A stretch of DNA of 48,864 nt from Candidatus Omnitrophota bacterium (GCA_016206825.1 JACQQY010000001.1:1-48864); one strand, 5' to 3'; positions 18,514 through 27,645 are shown, counted from the stretch's first letter. Program-made: numbers and translations. Notes: generated from the letters alone by a model not told the origin.

Positions 18514-19893
18514 ATCAAAGTTCTGTTTTGCGCGAGTGAGGTGGCGCCGTTTGCGAAGACGGGGGGGCTGGCGGACGTGGCGGGGTCGCTTCCGGCCGCC
18601 TTGGGAGAGCTGGGAATGGAGGTGACGGTGGTGATGCCCCGATACCGGGGGATCCCCGTTACGAAGAAGAGGCTTTCCGAAAAAGTCCGCATTTATTTTA
18701 TCGAAAACGAAGCTTATTTTAACCGCGCCTTTCTTTATGGAAACGAAAGAGGAGATTATCCCGATAACTTGGAGCGTTTCGCCTATTTTTGCCGGCGGGC
18801 GCTGGCTTTGGCGAAGGAGCTCGGGTTTAAACCGGACGTCCTTCATGCCCATGACTGGCATACGGCGCTTTTGCCGGTTTTGCTGAAGACCGAGTTTTTG
18901 TCGGACCCGTTCTTTAAAAAAACAAAGTCGATTTTGACGATTCACAACCTGGCCTACCAAGGGGTTTTTCCTGCGAGGGCCTTCGCGGGTTTGGGTCTGG
19001 ATCCGGAGCTCTTTTCGATCCGCGGTTTTGAGTTTTATGGAAAGATGAATCTTCTGAAGGCGGGCATGCTCTTCGCCGATGCCCTGAGCACCGTGAGCCC
19101 TGCCTACGCTCGCGAGATCCAAACGGAAGAGTTCGGCTGCGGATTGGAGGGGGTGATCCGGGAAAGAAAGGACCGGCTGCGCGGCATCTTAAACGGGATC
19201 GACACCCGTTTCTGGAATCCGGCAAGGGATGCGCGCATTAAAAGGCGCTTTTCGTGGCGGAATCCGCAGGCGAAGGAAGAGGACAAATTGGATTTCCAGG
19301 AGCGCCATGGGCTCGAGAAGGACGCGTCGATTCCTCTTTTTGGAATGGTCTCGCGGCTCGTGCAGCAAAAGGGAGTGGATCTTCTGCTGGAAGCCGCCGC
19401 CGCGTTCCTTTCCCGGAGGGTTCAGTTGGCGTTCTTGGGAGAAGGGGATGGAGCTTATCAAGCCGTTTTTCGGGACGTTGTTAAGAGGCATCCCGGGAAG
19501 GCGGCCGCCTTTTTTCGATTTCATCCGGAAGAGGCCCACCGGATTTACGCCGCGAGCGATTTTTTTCTCATGCCGTCGCTCTTCGAACCTTGCGGTTTGG
19601 GACAACTGATCGCTTTGAGGTATGGGGCGCTTCCGGTCGCCAGGCGGACGGGCGGCCTTGCCGATACGGTGGTGGACGCCGATGAGGACCCGAGACGCGG
19701 AAATGGATTTGTTTTTGACCGCTATGCCGCGCATACTTTTGTGGGAGCCTTGAAGAGGGCCCTTGCGGCTTTTTCCGATACGGCCCGCTTCGAAACCCTC
19801 CGCCGCCGGGCGATGAAATTGGATTTCTCATGGGAAAAAAGCGCCAAGGAGTATGTGAAGTTTTATAGGGAAATTTCGAAAGGATCGGAGTGA
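18514..19893 (+). CDS. glgA: Glycogen synthase (ADP-glucose type)
   Basis: Contains the KTGGLADV motif and is about 459 aa. The conserved N-terminal residues IKVLFCASEV are encoded in frame upstream of the ORF-track GTG (18541), so the start is set at ATC 18514 (see finding). A conservative alternative is 18541. Confidence 0.85.
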   Translation: MKVLFCASEVAPFAKTGGLADVAGSLPAALGELGMEVTVVMPRYRGIPVTKKRLSEKVRIYFIENEAYFNRAFLYGNERGDYPDNLERFAYFCRRALALAKELGFKPDVLHAHDWHTALLPVLLKTEFLSDPFFKKTKSILTIHNLAYQGVFPARAFAGLGLDPELFSIRGFEFYGKMNLLKAGMLFADALSTVSPAYAREIQTEEFGCGLEGVIRERKDRLRGILNGIDTRFWNPARDARIKRRFSWRNPQAKEEDKLDFQERHGLEKDASIPLFGMVSRLVQQKGVDLLLEAAAAFLSRRVQLAFLGEGDGAYQAVFRDVVKRHPGKAAAFFRFHPEEAHRIYAASDFFLMPSLFEPCGLGQLIALRYGALPVARRTGGLADTVVDADEDPRRGNGFVFDRYAAHTFVGALKRALAAFSDTARFETLRRRAMKLDFSWEKSAKEYVKFYREISKGSE

Positions 19894-19895
19894 GA

Positions 19896-20498
19896 ATGGT
19901 TGTAGCGGGAGTTACCGGAAACCTGGCGTCGGGAAAAACGGAGGTTGCCCGTATTTTCAGGAAGCTCGGCGCCCGGGTGTTTGATGCTGATCTCGCCGCG
20001 CGACGAGCGCTCGAGAAAGGAAGGCCGGCTTATCGGGCGCTTCTAAGGATTTGGGGCAGGAAATTTCTTGGGTCGAACGGAGAAATCGACCGGAAGGAGC
20101 TGGCGGAGCACGTGTTTCATCACCCCCGAGCTCTTCGCAAGCTCGATATTCTGGTCCATCCTCAGGTGATTTTTGATTGTTTGGGTTGGATTCGCAGGCT
20201 CTCGGGGAAGAAAGGGGTTCTCGTGTTGGACGTTCCGCTCTTGTTCGAATCGCGGATGGAGGGGCTCGCCGATTTTACCGTCGTCGTCCGCGCTTCCCGG
20301 AAGAAGATGCTGGAGCGGGCGCGGAAGAAAGGCATCCCATTCGAGTTGGCCGAAAAGATTTTATCCACGCAATGGCCGATGGAAAAGAAGGCGCGATTGG
20401 CCGATTTTGTGATGGATAACAATGGGACGCTGGGGGATTTGAGGCGGAAAGCGATGAAGATCTGGGTAAAAATCAACAAACAAAAAGGAGGGAAATAG
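19896..20498 (+). CDS. coaE: Dephospho-CoA kinase
   Basis: [16 protein letters not shown]-loop at the N-terminus. An alternative GTG at 19890 overlaps the glgA stop. Confidence 0.85.
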   Translation: MVVAGVTGNLASGKTEVARIFRKLGARVFDADLAARRALEKGRPAYRALLRIWGRKFLGSNGEIDRKELAEHVFHHPRALRKLDILVHPQVIFDCLGWIRRLSGKKGVLVLDVPLLFESRMEGLADFTVVVRASRKKMLERARKKGIPFELAEKILSTQWPMEKKARLADFVMDNNGTLGDLRRKAMKIWVKINKQKGGK

Positions 20499-20503
20499 CG
20501 TCG

Positions 20504-21760
20504 ATGGACATTGATTTGGCAAAACTCAAGAAAATGAAAATGTCGGAGCTCGCCGGCGTTGCGCACGGTTTGAAGGTGAGCGATATCAGCGGCCTTAAGA
20601 AGCAGGACCTTATTTTTAAGATTCTTCAGGCCCAGCCCGAGAAAAACGGCGTGATGACGGGAGAAGGGGTGATCGAGATCCTGCAGGATGGTTTCGGGTT
20701 TTTGCGTTCCCCGAACTACAATTATTTGCCGTGTCCCGACGACATCTATGTTTCTCCTTCACAGATCCGGAAGTTTAACTTAAGAACCGGCGACACGGTA
20801 TCCGGCCAGATCCGCCCCCCCAAGGAAGGAGAGCGTTATTTTGCGCTTCTCATGGTGGAGAAGGTGAATTTTGAGCGGCCGGAGGACAGCAAGGAAAAGA
20901 TCCTCTTTGACAACCTGACGCCCATTTATCCGCGGGAGAAATGGAGACTGGAGTCTTCACCGGACGAGGTTTCCACCAGGATCATGGATCTCTTGTCTCC
21001 CATCGGAAAGGGACAGCGGGGACTCATCGTTGCGCCGCCTTACAGCGGCAAAACGGTCCTGCTTCAAAAAATCGCCAACAGCATGACCACGAACCATCCG
21101 GATGTGGTGTTGATCGTTCTTCTGATCGATGAGCGGCCGGAGGAGGTGACGGACATGCAAAGGTCGGTGAGAGGAGAGGTGATCAGCTCCACCTTTGATG
21201 AGCCCGCCGAGCGCCACGTGCAGGTTTCCGAGATCGTGCTGGAGAAGGCGAAGCGGCTCGTGGAGTCGAAGAAAGACGTCGTGGTTCTTTTGGACAGCAT
21301 CACCCGGCTGGCGCGGGCTTATAACACGACCGTCCCGCATTCGGGCAAGATTCTTTCCGGCGGCGTGGATTCCAACGCCCTCCATAAACCGAAGCGCTTT
21401 TTCGGAGCGGCCCGGTGCATTGAAGAGGGCGGGAGCCTCACCATTATCGCCACGGCGCTGGTCGATACGGGCAGCCGCATGGATGAGGTGATTTTTGAAG
21501 AGTTCAAAGGCACGGGCAACATGGAAATCCAACTGGACCGGAATCTCTTCCAGCGCCGCATTTATCCCGCCATGGACATCAAGCGGTCGAATACGCGCAA
21601 GGAAGAACTCTTGGTGCCGGGGGATGATTTGGCTAAAACTTGGATTTTGAGAAAGGTGCTGAATGAGCTCAATTCGACGGAAGCGATGGAGCTTTTGATC
21701 GAGAAAATATCGAAGACCAAGAGCAATAAGGACTTCTTGAAGAGCCTGAATAAAGTATAA
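20504..21760 (+). CDS. rho: Transcription termination factor Rho
   Basis: 418 aa with an N-terminal Rho_N domain ([13 protein letters not shown]), an RNA-binding OB domain, and the [15 protein letters not shown] Walker A. Confidence 0.95.
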   Translation: MDIDLAKLKKMKMSELAGVAHGLKVSDISGLKKQDLIFKILQAQPEKNGVMTGEGVIEILQDGFGFLRSPNYNYLPCPDDIYVSPSQIRKFNLRTGDTVSGQIRPPKEGERYFALLMVEKVNFERPEDSKEKILFDNLTPIYPREKWRLESSPDEVSTRIMDLLSPIGKGQRGLIVAPPYSGKTVLLQKIANSMTTNHPDVVLIVLLIDERPEEVTDMQRSVRGEVISSTFDEPAERHVQVSEIVLEKAKRLVESKKDVVVLLDSITRLARAYNTTVPHSGKILSGGVDSNALHKPKRFFGAARCIEEGGSLTIIATALVDTGSRMDEVIFEEFKGTGNMEIQLDRNLFQRRIYPAMDIKRSNTRKEELLVPGDDLAKTWILRKVLNELNSTEAMELLIEKISKTKSNKDFLKSLNKV

Positions 21761-21770
21761 GGAGAAATCA

Positions 21771-21971
21771 ATGAAAGAGGCGATTCACCCCAAATATTTC
21801 GACACCACCATCACCTGCCTTTGCGGTTCGGTGATCCACACGCGCTCGACCAAGCAGAACGTCCGCGTGGAGATCTGCTCAAGCTGTCACCCGTTCTTCA
21901 CGGGCAAGCAGAAGTTTGTCGACAGCGCCGGCCGCGTGGAAAAATTCCAGAGACGCTACGCGAAGAAGTAG
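21771..21971 (+). CDS. rpmE: 50S ribosomal protein L31 (Zn-ribbon type)
   Basis: [10 protein letters not shown]...[28 protein letters not shown]. Confidence 0.95.
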   Translation: MKEAIHPKYFDTTITCLCGSVIHTRSTKQNVRVEICSSCHPFFTGKQKFVDSAGRVEKFQRRYAKK

Positions 21972-21975
21972 GGTT

Positions 21976-22038
21976 CGTTATTAGGTTATTTGTTACTGGG
22001 TTATTCGCGATAACCTCATAACGAATAACTCAATAACG
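21976..22038. repeat. 63-nt imperfect palindrome made of 4 GTTAYT units followed by 4 inverted ATAAC units
   Basis: cGTTATTagGTTATTtGTTACTggGTTATTcgcgATAACCtcATAACgaATAACtcAATAACg, located directly after the rpmE stop. Confidence 0.6.
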
Positions 22039-22062
22039 TCTTGATCATAGTCCAGGTGATTT

Positions 22063-23124
22063 ATGCGATTCTTAAAAAAGATCGAAGATAAAATCAAACG
22101 GCTCGCGGAGCTTGAGGCGGCGCTTCAAGATCCGAAGGTGGCTCAGGACCCGGCTCGTCTTAAGGATTTGGGGAAGGAGTTTAGGGATCTCGAGAGGGTT
22201 GCCGCTGCCTATAAGGATTATTTAAAAATAGAAGAAGGGATCGAAGGAGCCCAAAAGATCCTGGCGGAGAAAGAGGCCGGGGCCGAGTGGGCGGCCATGG
22301 CGAACGAAGAGCTTCAACGTCTTGAATCCCGGAAGAAGGACGCCGTCCGGCATTTGGAAGGGCTGGTGGCGGCAGAAGACCCCATGCTTTCCAAAAACGT
22401 GATCTTGGAGATCCGCGCAGGCACCGGCGGATTGGAGGCGGGGCTTTTTGCCGCCGATCTTTTCAGGATGTATTCCCGCTTCGCCGCCGCGTCGAGTTTT
22501 AAAGTCGAGATCCTTTCAAGCTCTCCGAACGAGGCGGGAGGGTTTAAGGAAATTATCGCTTCCATTGCCGGGTCCGGCGCTTATGGCCGCTTCAAGTATG
22601 AGAGCGGGACGCATCGCGTTCAGCGCGTCCCCGCGACGGAGGCCCAGGGGCGCATCCACACGTCGGCGGTTACGGTCGCCGTTTTGCCGGAGGCAGGGGA
22701 AGTGGACATCGAGGTGAAACCCGAGGAACTGCGGATCGATACTTTTTGTTCGAGCGGGCCCGGCGGACAAAGCGTCAACACGACTTATTCGGCCATTCGG
22801 ATCACCCATCTTCCGACAGGGCTTATCGTCACCTGTCAGGACGAGAAATCGCAGATGAAAAATAAGCAAAAGGCGCTCAAGGTCCTGCGGTCAAGACTGC
22901 TGGAGAGGAAGATGAGGGAGGAGGAAGAAAAGAGGGCGAAACAGCGCAAGGAGCAGGTCGGCACCGGCGACCGAAGCGAGAAGATCCGGACTTATAACTT
23001 TCCGGATCATCGAGTGACGGATCATCGGATCGGACTGACCGTTCATAACCTGCAGGCGGTGTTGGAGGGGGAACTGGACGCTTTTGTCGACGCTCTTTAT
23101 GAGGAGGAGTTGGCAAAAAGTTGA
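22063..23124 (+). CDS. prfA: Peptide chain release factor 1
   Basis: Has the PAT tripeptide (VPATEAQGRIHTS) and the GGQ motif (GPGGQSVNTT). Confidence 0.95.
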   Translation: MRFLKKIEDKIKRLAELEAALQDPKVAQDPARLKDLGKEFRDLERVAAAYKDYLKIEEGIEGAQKILAEKEAGAEWAAMANEELQRLESRKKDAVRHLEGLVAAEDPMLSKNVILEIRAGTGGLEAGLFAADLFRMYSRFAAASSFKVEILSSSPNEAGGFKEIIASIAGSGAYGRFKYESGTHRVQRVPATEAQGRIHTSAVTVAVLPEAGEVDIEVKPEELRIDTFCSSGPGGQSVNTTYSAIRITHLPTGLIVTCQDEKSQMKNKQKALKVLRSRLLERKMREEEEKRAKQRKEQVGTGDRSEKIRTYNFPDHRVTDHRIGLTVHNLQAVLEGELDAFVDALYEEELAKS

Positions 23125-24002
23125 AGATGGGAAAGAGCCGCTCGAATGTCTTGTTTTTGAAAAGCCTTGAGAAGCGTCTCGCGCGAAGGCACGTTCCTCA
23201 AGCTTTGGCCGAGGCGGAAGGGCTTCTTGTCCATTTTGGGGACGTGGATCGGCTGAGTTTTTTCACGGGCGACAGGGCTTTAACGAAGCGTGCGAGAAAG
23301 AAAGTGGAAGGGGCGCTTCGCGCCCGTTCTAAAGGAGTTCCTTTTGCACATCTTTTGGGGGAGACCGAGTTTTATGGACGGCATTTTCAGGTGACGAAGG
23401 ATGTGTTGATTCCACGACCCGAAACGGAGCTTTTGGTGGAGGAAGCTCTTAAGGTTTTGGAGTCTGTTGCTTCGCCGAAGGTGTTGGATGTGGGGACGGG
23501 TTCCGGATGCATCGCGGTGAGTTTGGCGATGGAGAGACCTGATTGCAAAGTGACGGCGCTGGACTCCTCGGCAAAGGCGCTTCGGGCAACGCGGCATAAT
23601 ATCCGTTCTTATCACCTTGGCAGGAGGATCCGGCTTTTAAAGAGCGATCTCTTCGGAAGGCTTTCCGGGAAAGAAAGGCATTTCTGGGACGTGATCGTTT
23701 CAAACCCGCCGTACGTTCCCGCCGAGGATTTTCCGACGCTCTCGAAAGAAGTTCTGTCGGAGCCCCGGCTTGCTTTGGATGGGGGGCCAAAAGGGCTTTC
23801 CGTGATTCGCAGGATTTTGAGCGAAGCCCCCTTGTTCCTCAAGCCGGGCGGATGGCTTCTCATGGAAATAGGGAAGGGGCAGTCGAACGTCCTGCGGGAA
23901 GAAATCGAAGAGCGGGAGGTTTTCTTAGGCGTGCGTTTTGTCAAGGATTACGCGGGGATCGAGAGGGTGTTGGCGGTGAGGCGCCAAGAGAAATCCCTTT
24001 GA
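23121..24002 (+). CDS. prmC: Release factor glutamine N5-methyltransferase
   Basis: SAM motif LDVGTGSGCIA and the NPPY catalytic motif (VSNPPYV). Overlaps the prfA stop. Confidence 0.9.
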   Translation: MKMGKSRSNVLFLKSLEKRLARRHVPQALAEAEGLLVHFGDVDRLSFFTGDRALTKRARKKVEGALRARSKGVPFAHLLGETEFYGRHFQVTKDVLIPRPETELLVEEALKVLESVASPKVLDVGTGSGCIAVSLAMERPDCKVTALDSSAKALRATRHNIRSYHLGRRIRLLKSDLFGRLSGKERHFWDVIVSNPPYVPAEDFPTLSKEVLSEPRLALDGGPKGLSVIRRILSEAPLFLKPGGWLLMEIGKGQSNVLREEIEEREVFLGVRFVKDYAGIERVLAVRRQEKSL

Positions 24003-24026
24003 AAATTTGTTCGATGATGGTATAGT
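23999..24026 (+). promoter_or_regulatory. Putative promoter of vapBC-1
   Basis: TTGAAA (23999-24004), 16 nt, TATAGT (24021-24026), preceded by TGg. It overlaps the prmC stop codon. Confidence 0.4.
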
Positions 24027-24056
24027 ATTACAAGAGCCTTATCGATGGAGGATGGG

Positions 24057-24263
24057 ATGAGCACCGTTACCATTTCGCCGAAGTTTCAAGTCGTCATTCC
24101 TAAAGAGACACGGGATAAACTCTGTTTAAAAGCCGGCCAGAAGGTGGAGATTTTGGATTACGAGGGACGCATCGAACTCGTTCCCATAAGAGCCATGAAG
24201 GAGCTGCGCGGGTTTTTAAGGGGGATCGATACTCGCGTGGAGCGGGATCGGGACCGTGCATGA
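24057..24263 (+). CDS. vapB: AbrB/SpoVT-fold antitoxin (VapB-like)
   Basis: MSTVTISPKFQVVIPKETRDKL is a SpoVT/AbrB looped-hinge-helix start. GGAGG lies 5 nt upstream of ATG 24057. Four-nt overlap with the downstream PIN gene. Confidence 0.75.
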   Translation: MSTVTISPKFQVVIPKETRDKLCLKAGQKVEILDYEGRIELVPIRAMKELRGFLRGIDTRVERDRDRA

Positions 24264-24634
24264 ATGTCGTCGATTCTTCGGGCTGGCTTGAGTATTTCGC
24301 CAACGGAGCTAACGCCGAAGTTTTTTCCAAGCCGATCGAGCAAGTCCCTCAGCTTTTGGTTCCTTCCATTACCATTACGGAAGTGTTCAAACGGGTTTTG
24401 CAGCAACGCGGCGAGCAAGCGGCTCTCCAAGCGGCGGCGCAGATGAACCAAGGCCGGGTCATTGGTTTGGACGTGACCTTAGCGGTAAAAGCGGCGAAGA
24501 TCGGATATGATTTAAAACTTCCCTTGGCGGACAGCATTATCTTGGCAACCGCCCGCGCTTATGATGCGCTCTTGTGGACACAGGACGAAGATTTTAAGGG
24601 GATCCCGGGCGTGCGCTGCCTGCCTAAGAGGTGA
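24260..24634 (+). CDS. vapC: PIN-domain toxin VapC
   Basis: 124 aa with N-terminal VVDSSGWLEYF (first acidic residue), the later ADSIILATA motif, and a final acidic DEDF. Confidence 0.8.
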   Translation: MNVVDSSGWLEYFANGANAEVFSKPIEQVPQLLVPSITITEVFKRVLQQRGEQAALQAAAQMNQGRVIGLDVTLAVKAAKIGYDLKLPLADSIILATARAYDALLWTQDEDFKGIPGVRCLPKR

Positions 24635-24710
24635 TAGTTCAAATTTTTCGCTCATGTTTAGGTGCATTTAGATGTCGGTCGTTGTGGAAATTCGAAAATT
24701 CGGATAGGGC

Positions 24711-24748
24711 TTGACGCCTAATTTTGACTATGGTAATATTACTATGGT
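24711..24748 (+). promoter_or_regulatory. Promoter/operator of phd-vapC-2
   Basis: TTGACG (24711-24716), 17 nt, TAATAT (24734-24739). Direct repeats ACTATGGT at 24727-24734 and 24741-48 flank the palindrome GTAATATTAC. Confidence 0.5.
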
Positions 24749-24766
24749 TATAAGGAGGTGGTTTCC

Positions 24767-24994
24767 ATGAATATGCCGGCAGGTTTGTTTAAGGCAAAGT
24801 GTTTGGAGTTGATGGATAAGGTTGAGCGGCTTCATGAAGAAATCATCATCACCAAATACGGAAGGCCAGTTGCCAAGCTCGTTCCTGTGGAGGAAGGGGG
24901 GAAAAAGTCCCTTGTTGGGTTTTTAAAGGGTTCCGTCGTCATTCGGGGGGATATTGTAGGGCCGACGGGAGTCAAGTGGGAGGCTGACCGGTAA
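24767..24994 (+). CDS. Phd/YefM-family antitoxin
   Basis: MNMPAGLFKAKCLELMDKVERLHEEIIITKYGRPVAKLVP is a typical Phd/YefM N-terminus. AAGGAGG lies 8 nt upstream of ATG 24767. Confidence 0.75.
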   Translation: MNMPAGLFKAKCLELMDKVERLHEEIIITKYGRPVAKLVPVEEGGKKSLVGFLKGSVVIRGDIVGPTGVKWEADR

Positions 24995-24997
24995 AAG

Positions 24998-25417
24998 ATG
25001 GACGAGCTTATCCTTTTGGATACTCATATATGGATTTGGCTCGTGAATGACGACAAAAAGATTCATTCACCTAAGTTTTTGTCTCGGGTGAACCATGCGG
25101 CTTCAAAAGGAGCCATCCGGGTTTCCATTATTTCCGTTTGGGAGGTCGCTGTTCTCGAAGCAAAAGGAAGGATTGTTCTCCCGTATAGTGTTTTGGAATG
25201 GGTTCAAAGAGCGCTCAAAGCGCCGGGGACGATGCTCGAACCCTTGACTCCCGAAGTGGCCATAAACAGCACGAAGATCGGTCCGGATTTTCATGAAGAT
25301 CCTGCCGATCGTATTCTGGTTGCGACGGCGAAAAGCTTGGGCGCCGCATTGGCTACTTGTGATGCCCGCATTCTTTCCTATTCCAAGGAGCATTCTCTCC
25401 CAACCCTGACGGTATGA
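24998..25417 (+). CDS. vapC: PIN-domain toxin VapC (second copy, unrelated sequence)
   Basis: 139 aa with LLDTHIWIW (first Asp), HEDPADRILVATA, and a terminal CDARI. Confidence 0.8.
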   Translation: MDELILLDTHIWIWLVNDDKKIHSPKFLSRVNHAASKGAIRVSIISVWEVAVLEAKGRIVLPYSVLEWVQRALKAPGTMLEPLTPEVAINSTKIGPDFHEDPADRILVATAKSLGAALATCDARILSYSKEHSLPTLTV

Positions 25418-25462
25418 ACGAAAGACATACGAATGGAGTGAAGATTCGCCCTACACCTCTTA

Positions 25463-25490
25463 CCCCCCTCCCTATTTGAGGGGAGGGGAG
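25463..25490. repeat. REP-like GC hairpin
   Basis: CCCCTCCC (25465-25472)/GGGAGGGG (25481-25488), with an 8-nt loop. Confidence 0.5.
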
Positions 25491-25595
25491 GTCTTAAGCA
25501 AAAAGGATAAAACTCCCCGATCCCTCGAGTAAGTCTGCTGCCCCCATTGCGTGAACTCCCCCAGGAACGGATTGTGTTGGACAAGTCTCAAAAGC

Positions 25596-25868
25596 AAAGA
25601 AGCGTTAGACGCACTACACTATTGAGTTACGTAAAAGCAATGAAACATAAGAAGAACGGATGCGCCTGCTCATAGTGGAAGAGCTTAAATCCCCCCTGCC
25701 CCCTTTGAAGAGAAAAGGGGGTAAAGGCTTTCTTTTCACTAAAGAGAAAGAGCGAAGGAGCAACCCCCTTTTTATTTCAAAGGGGGCAGGGGGGATTTGA
25801 TCTACGGCTTAGCTTCTCATTGCTTTTCCGTAGATCAATAGTAAAGAAGCGTTAGGGACACTACACTA
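25596..25868. mobile_element. MITE-like non-autonomous element (TIRs, internal long hairpin, flanking 26-nt direct repeats)
   Basis: Direct repeats AAAGAAGCGTTAG(ACG/GGA)CACTACACTA at 25596-25621 and 25843-25868 (23/26). 26-nt terminal inverted repeats at 25618-25643 vs 25817-25842 (23/26). Internal 112-nt hairpin closed by a perfect 23-bp stem, 25687-25709/25776-25798. No ORF. Confidence 0.45.
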
Positions 25869-25883
25869 GCGATACGATTCTTT

Positions 25884-27362
25884 CTAAAAGGCCCGCAGTC
25901 CGAAGACGAGCGGCGCGAGGGCGCGCATGGCGAACGTGATCCAAAGCGCTCCAAGGATGTTGAGCACAAAACCGGCCTTCGCCATCCGGGAGACGGTGAG
26001 GTAGCCGCTGCTGAACACGATGGCGTTGGGAGGAGTGCCGGACGGCATCATGAAGGCAAAGGAGCAGGCGAAGGTCACCGGTACCATGAGCCAATAGGGG
26101 TGGATCCCCAGCGCTTGGGAGGCGGCGGCGAGAACCGGCATCATGATCGTGGCTTGCGCGACGTTCGTCATGAGCTCCGATAGAAAAGCGGTCAAGAGGC
26201 AAAGCAAAAACAAAAGCCATAAAAGAGGCATGCCCTGAAGAAAGCGGAACCCCTCTCCAAGCCAGGAGGCAAGCCCCGTTGCTTGAAAGCTTTCCGCCAA
26301 GGCAAGCCCGCCTCCCAGAAGCAAGATGACTTCCCACGGCAGTTTTTTTGTCCACTCCCGATCCAGAAGAAATTCTTTCCTCTTAAGATCTCCGGGGATA
26401 AGCAGCAACAACAACCCGGCGGCCATGGCAATGGTCCCGTCATGCACGCCTTTTAAATGGAGCAGGGAAGTCCATCCGGGGATAACGAAGTTCCCGATGG
26501 CAATATTTTCCCTGGTAATCCACGCCAGGGCTGTCGCGACAAAGACCCCCATCACGGCCGCTTCCGGCCAGGACCAGGGACCCAATGCCTTTACTTCTTT
26601 GCGGATCGCTTCTTGGTTGACGCAGATCGGCAGGGCGCGGCGGACCACAAAGAATGCCAGGTAAAGCCATGCTATCGCGAGAAAACCAAAAGCAAGCGGA
26701 AAGGCCAGGATAAACCACTTCACAAATCCTACCTCGGGGAGGTCCGGGAAAAGCGCTTTTGCCTGCCCCGCGAAGACCATGTTTGTCGGCGTGCCAACGA
26801 GAGTCGCCGCGCCTCCGATGCTGGCGGCGTAAGCGATGGCGAGCATCAGAGCGATACTGAAGCCTGATCGGTCCTCCGCGCCCGCCTGGCCTAAGCCCAG
26901 CTCTTGGATGACGGCGATGGCTATAGGCAGAGCCATCATCGTCGCGGCCGTGTTGGAAACCCACATGGAAATGAAGGCCGTCGCCAGCATGAATCCCCCG
27001 AGCATTCGTCTCAGGCCTCCGCCTACGGAGCAAATGACATGGAGCGCCAGCCGCTTGTGCAGGCCCCACTTCTGCATGGCCAGAGCGATCATGAATCCGC
27101 CCATGAGGAGAAAGACGTTCGGATCCGCATAATGCTTGGTTGTTTCGGAGGCTTTCATGACGGAGAGCAAAGGATAAAGAACCAGCGGCAGAAGAGCCGT
27201 CATCCCAAGCGGCATGGCGTCCGTTATCCACCATACAGCCATGAGGAGCGCCACGGCCCCCGCGCTTTTTGCGGGGGCGGACAAACCAGGCGGAAGAGGC
27301 GCCAATAAAATCAAAACGAAGAAAAGAATCCCCGCCAAAAATCCACACGAGCGTTTAGACAT
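25884..27362 (-). CDS. DASS/SLC13-family sodium-coupled anion (sulfate/di-tricarboxylate) symporter
   Basis: Polytopic protein with the two family hairpin motifs VSNTAATMMALPIA and MTNVAQATIMMPVL. The start is at ATG 27362 (MSKRS...), or alternatively 27413. Confidence 0.85.
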   Translation of the reverse strand: MSKRSCGFLAGILFFVLILLAPLPPGLSAPAKSAGAVALLMAVWWITDAMPLGMTALLPLVLYPLLSVMKASETTKHYADPNVFLLMGGFMIALAMQKWGLHKRLALHVICSVGGGLRRMLGGFMLATAFISMWVSNTAATMMALPIAIAVIQELGLGQAGAEDRSGFSIALMLAIAYAASIGGAATLVGTPTNMVFAGQAKALFPDLPEVGFVKWFILAFPLAFGFLAIAWLYLAFFVVRRALPICVNQEAIRKEVKALGPWSWPEAAVMGVFVATALAWITRENIAIGNFVIPGWTSLLHLKGVHDGTIAMAAGLLLLLIPGDLKRKEFLLDREWTKKLPWEVILLLGGGLALAESFQATGLASWLGEGFRFLQGMPLLWLLFLLCLLTAFLSELMTNVAQATIMMPVLAAASQALGIHPYWLMVPVTFACSFAFMMPSGTPPNAIVFSSGYLTVSRMAKAGFVLNILGALWITFAMRALAPLVFGLRAF

Positions 27363-27555
27363 CTCTTTAGGCTGCGTTTGTCCACGGGTTTTTTGCCAAC
27401 GGTAACCTACCACACAAAATTCGGTTATTCAAGGAAAGCGTTCAAGCCGTTCGATAACACAACGCTCAAAGGCTTAAAGTATTTTCAGCTGCGGACAGCA
27501 GCGCCCACGAAGCCGAAAGGTAAAAAAGATGTAACAGGTTAGTCTTTGCCTGTTC

Positions 27556-27645
27556 TCCTCCGTCATTGCGAGGAGCGCAGCGACGAAGCAATCTCAGTTT
27601 TAAAAGAGAGATTGCTTCGCTGCGCTCGCAATGACTAAGGAGGTG
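27556..27645. repeat. REP-like palindromic element
   Basis: The arms GTCATTGCGAGGAGCGCAGCGACGAAGCAATCTC (27562-27595) and GAGATTGCTTCGCTGCGCTCGCAATGAC (27608-27635) are near-perfect reverse complements, extended by CCTCC/GGAGG. Confidence 0.6.

Noticed and set aside
18499-18545. Suspected frameshift or 5' truncation of glgA, because the ORF track starts within the conserved N-terminal motif.
   Set aside because: Counting codons shows the upstream conserved residues (IKVLFCASEV) are in the same frame as the rest of the gene. No indel is needed; only the start codon is unusual.
25596-25868. Two 26-nt direct repeats considered as a minimal CRISPR array.
   Set aside because: There are only two copies, 247 nt apart start to start (far more than spacer length), and they differ at 3 positions. 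The intervening DNA has its own terminal inverted repeats, and no cas genes are in the window.
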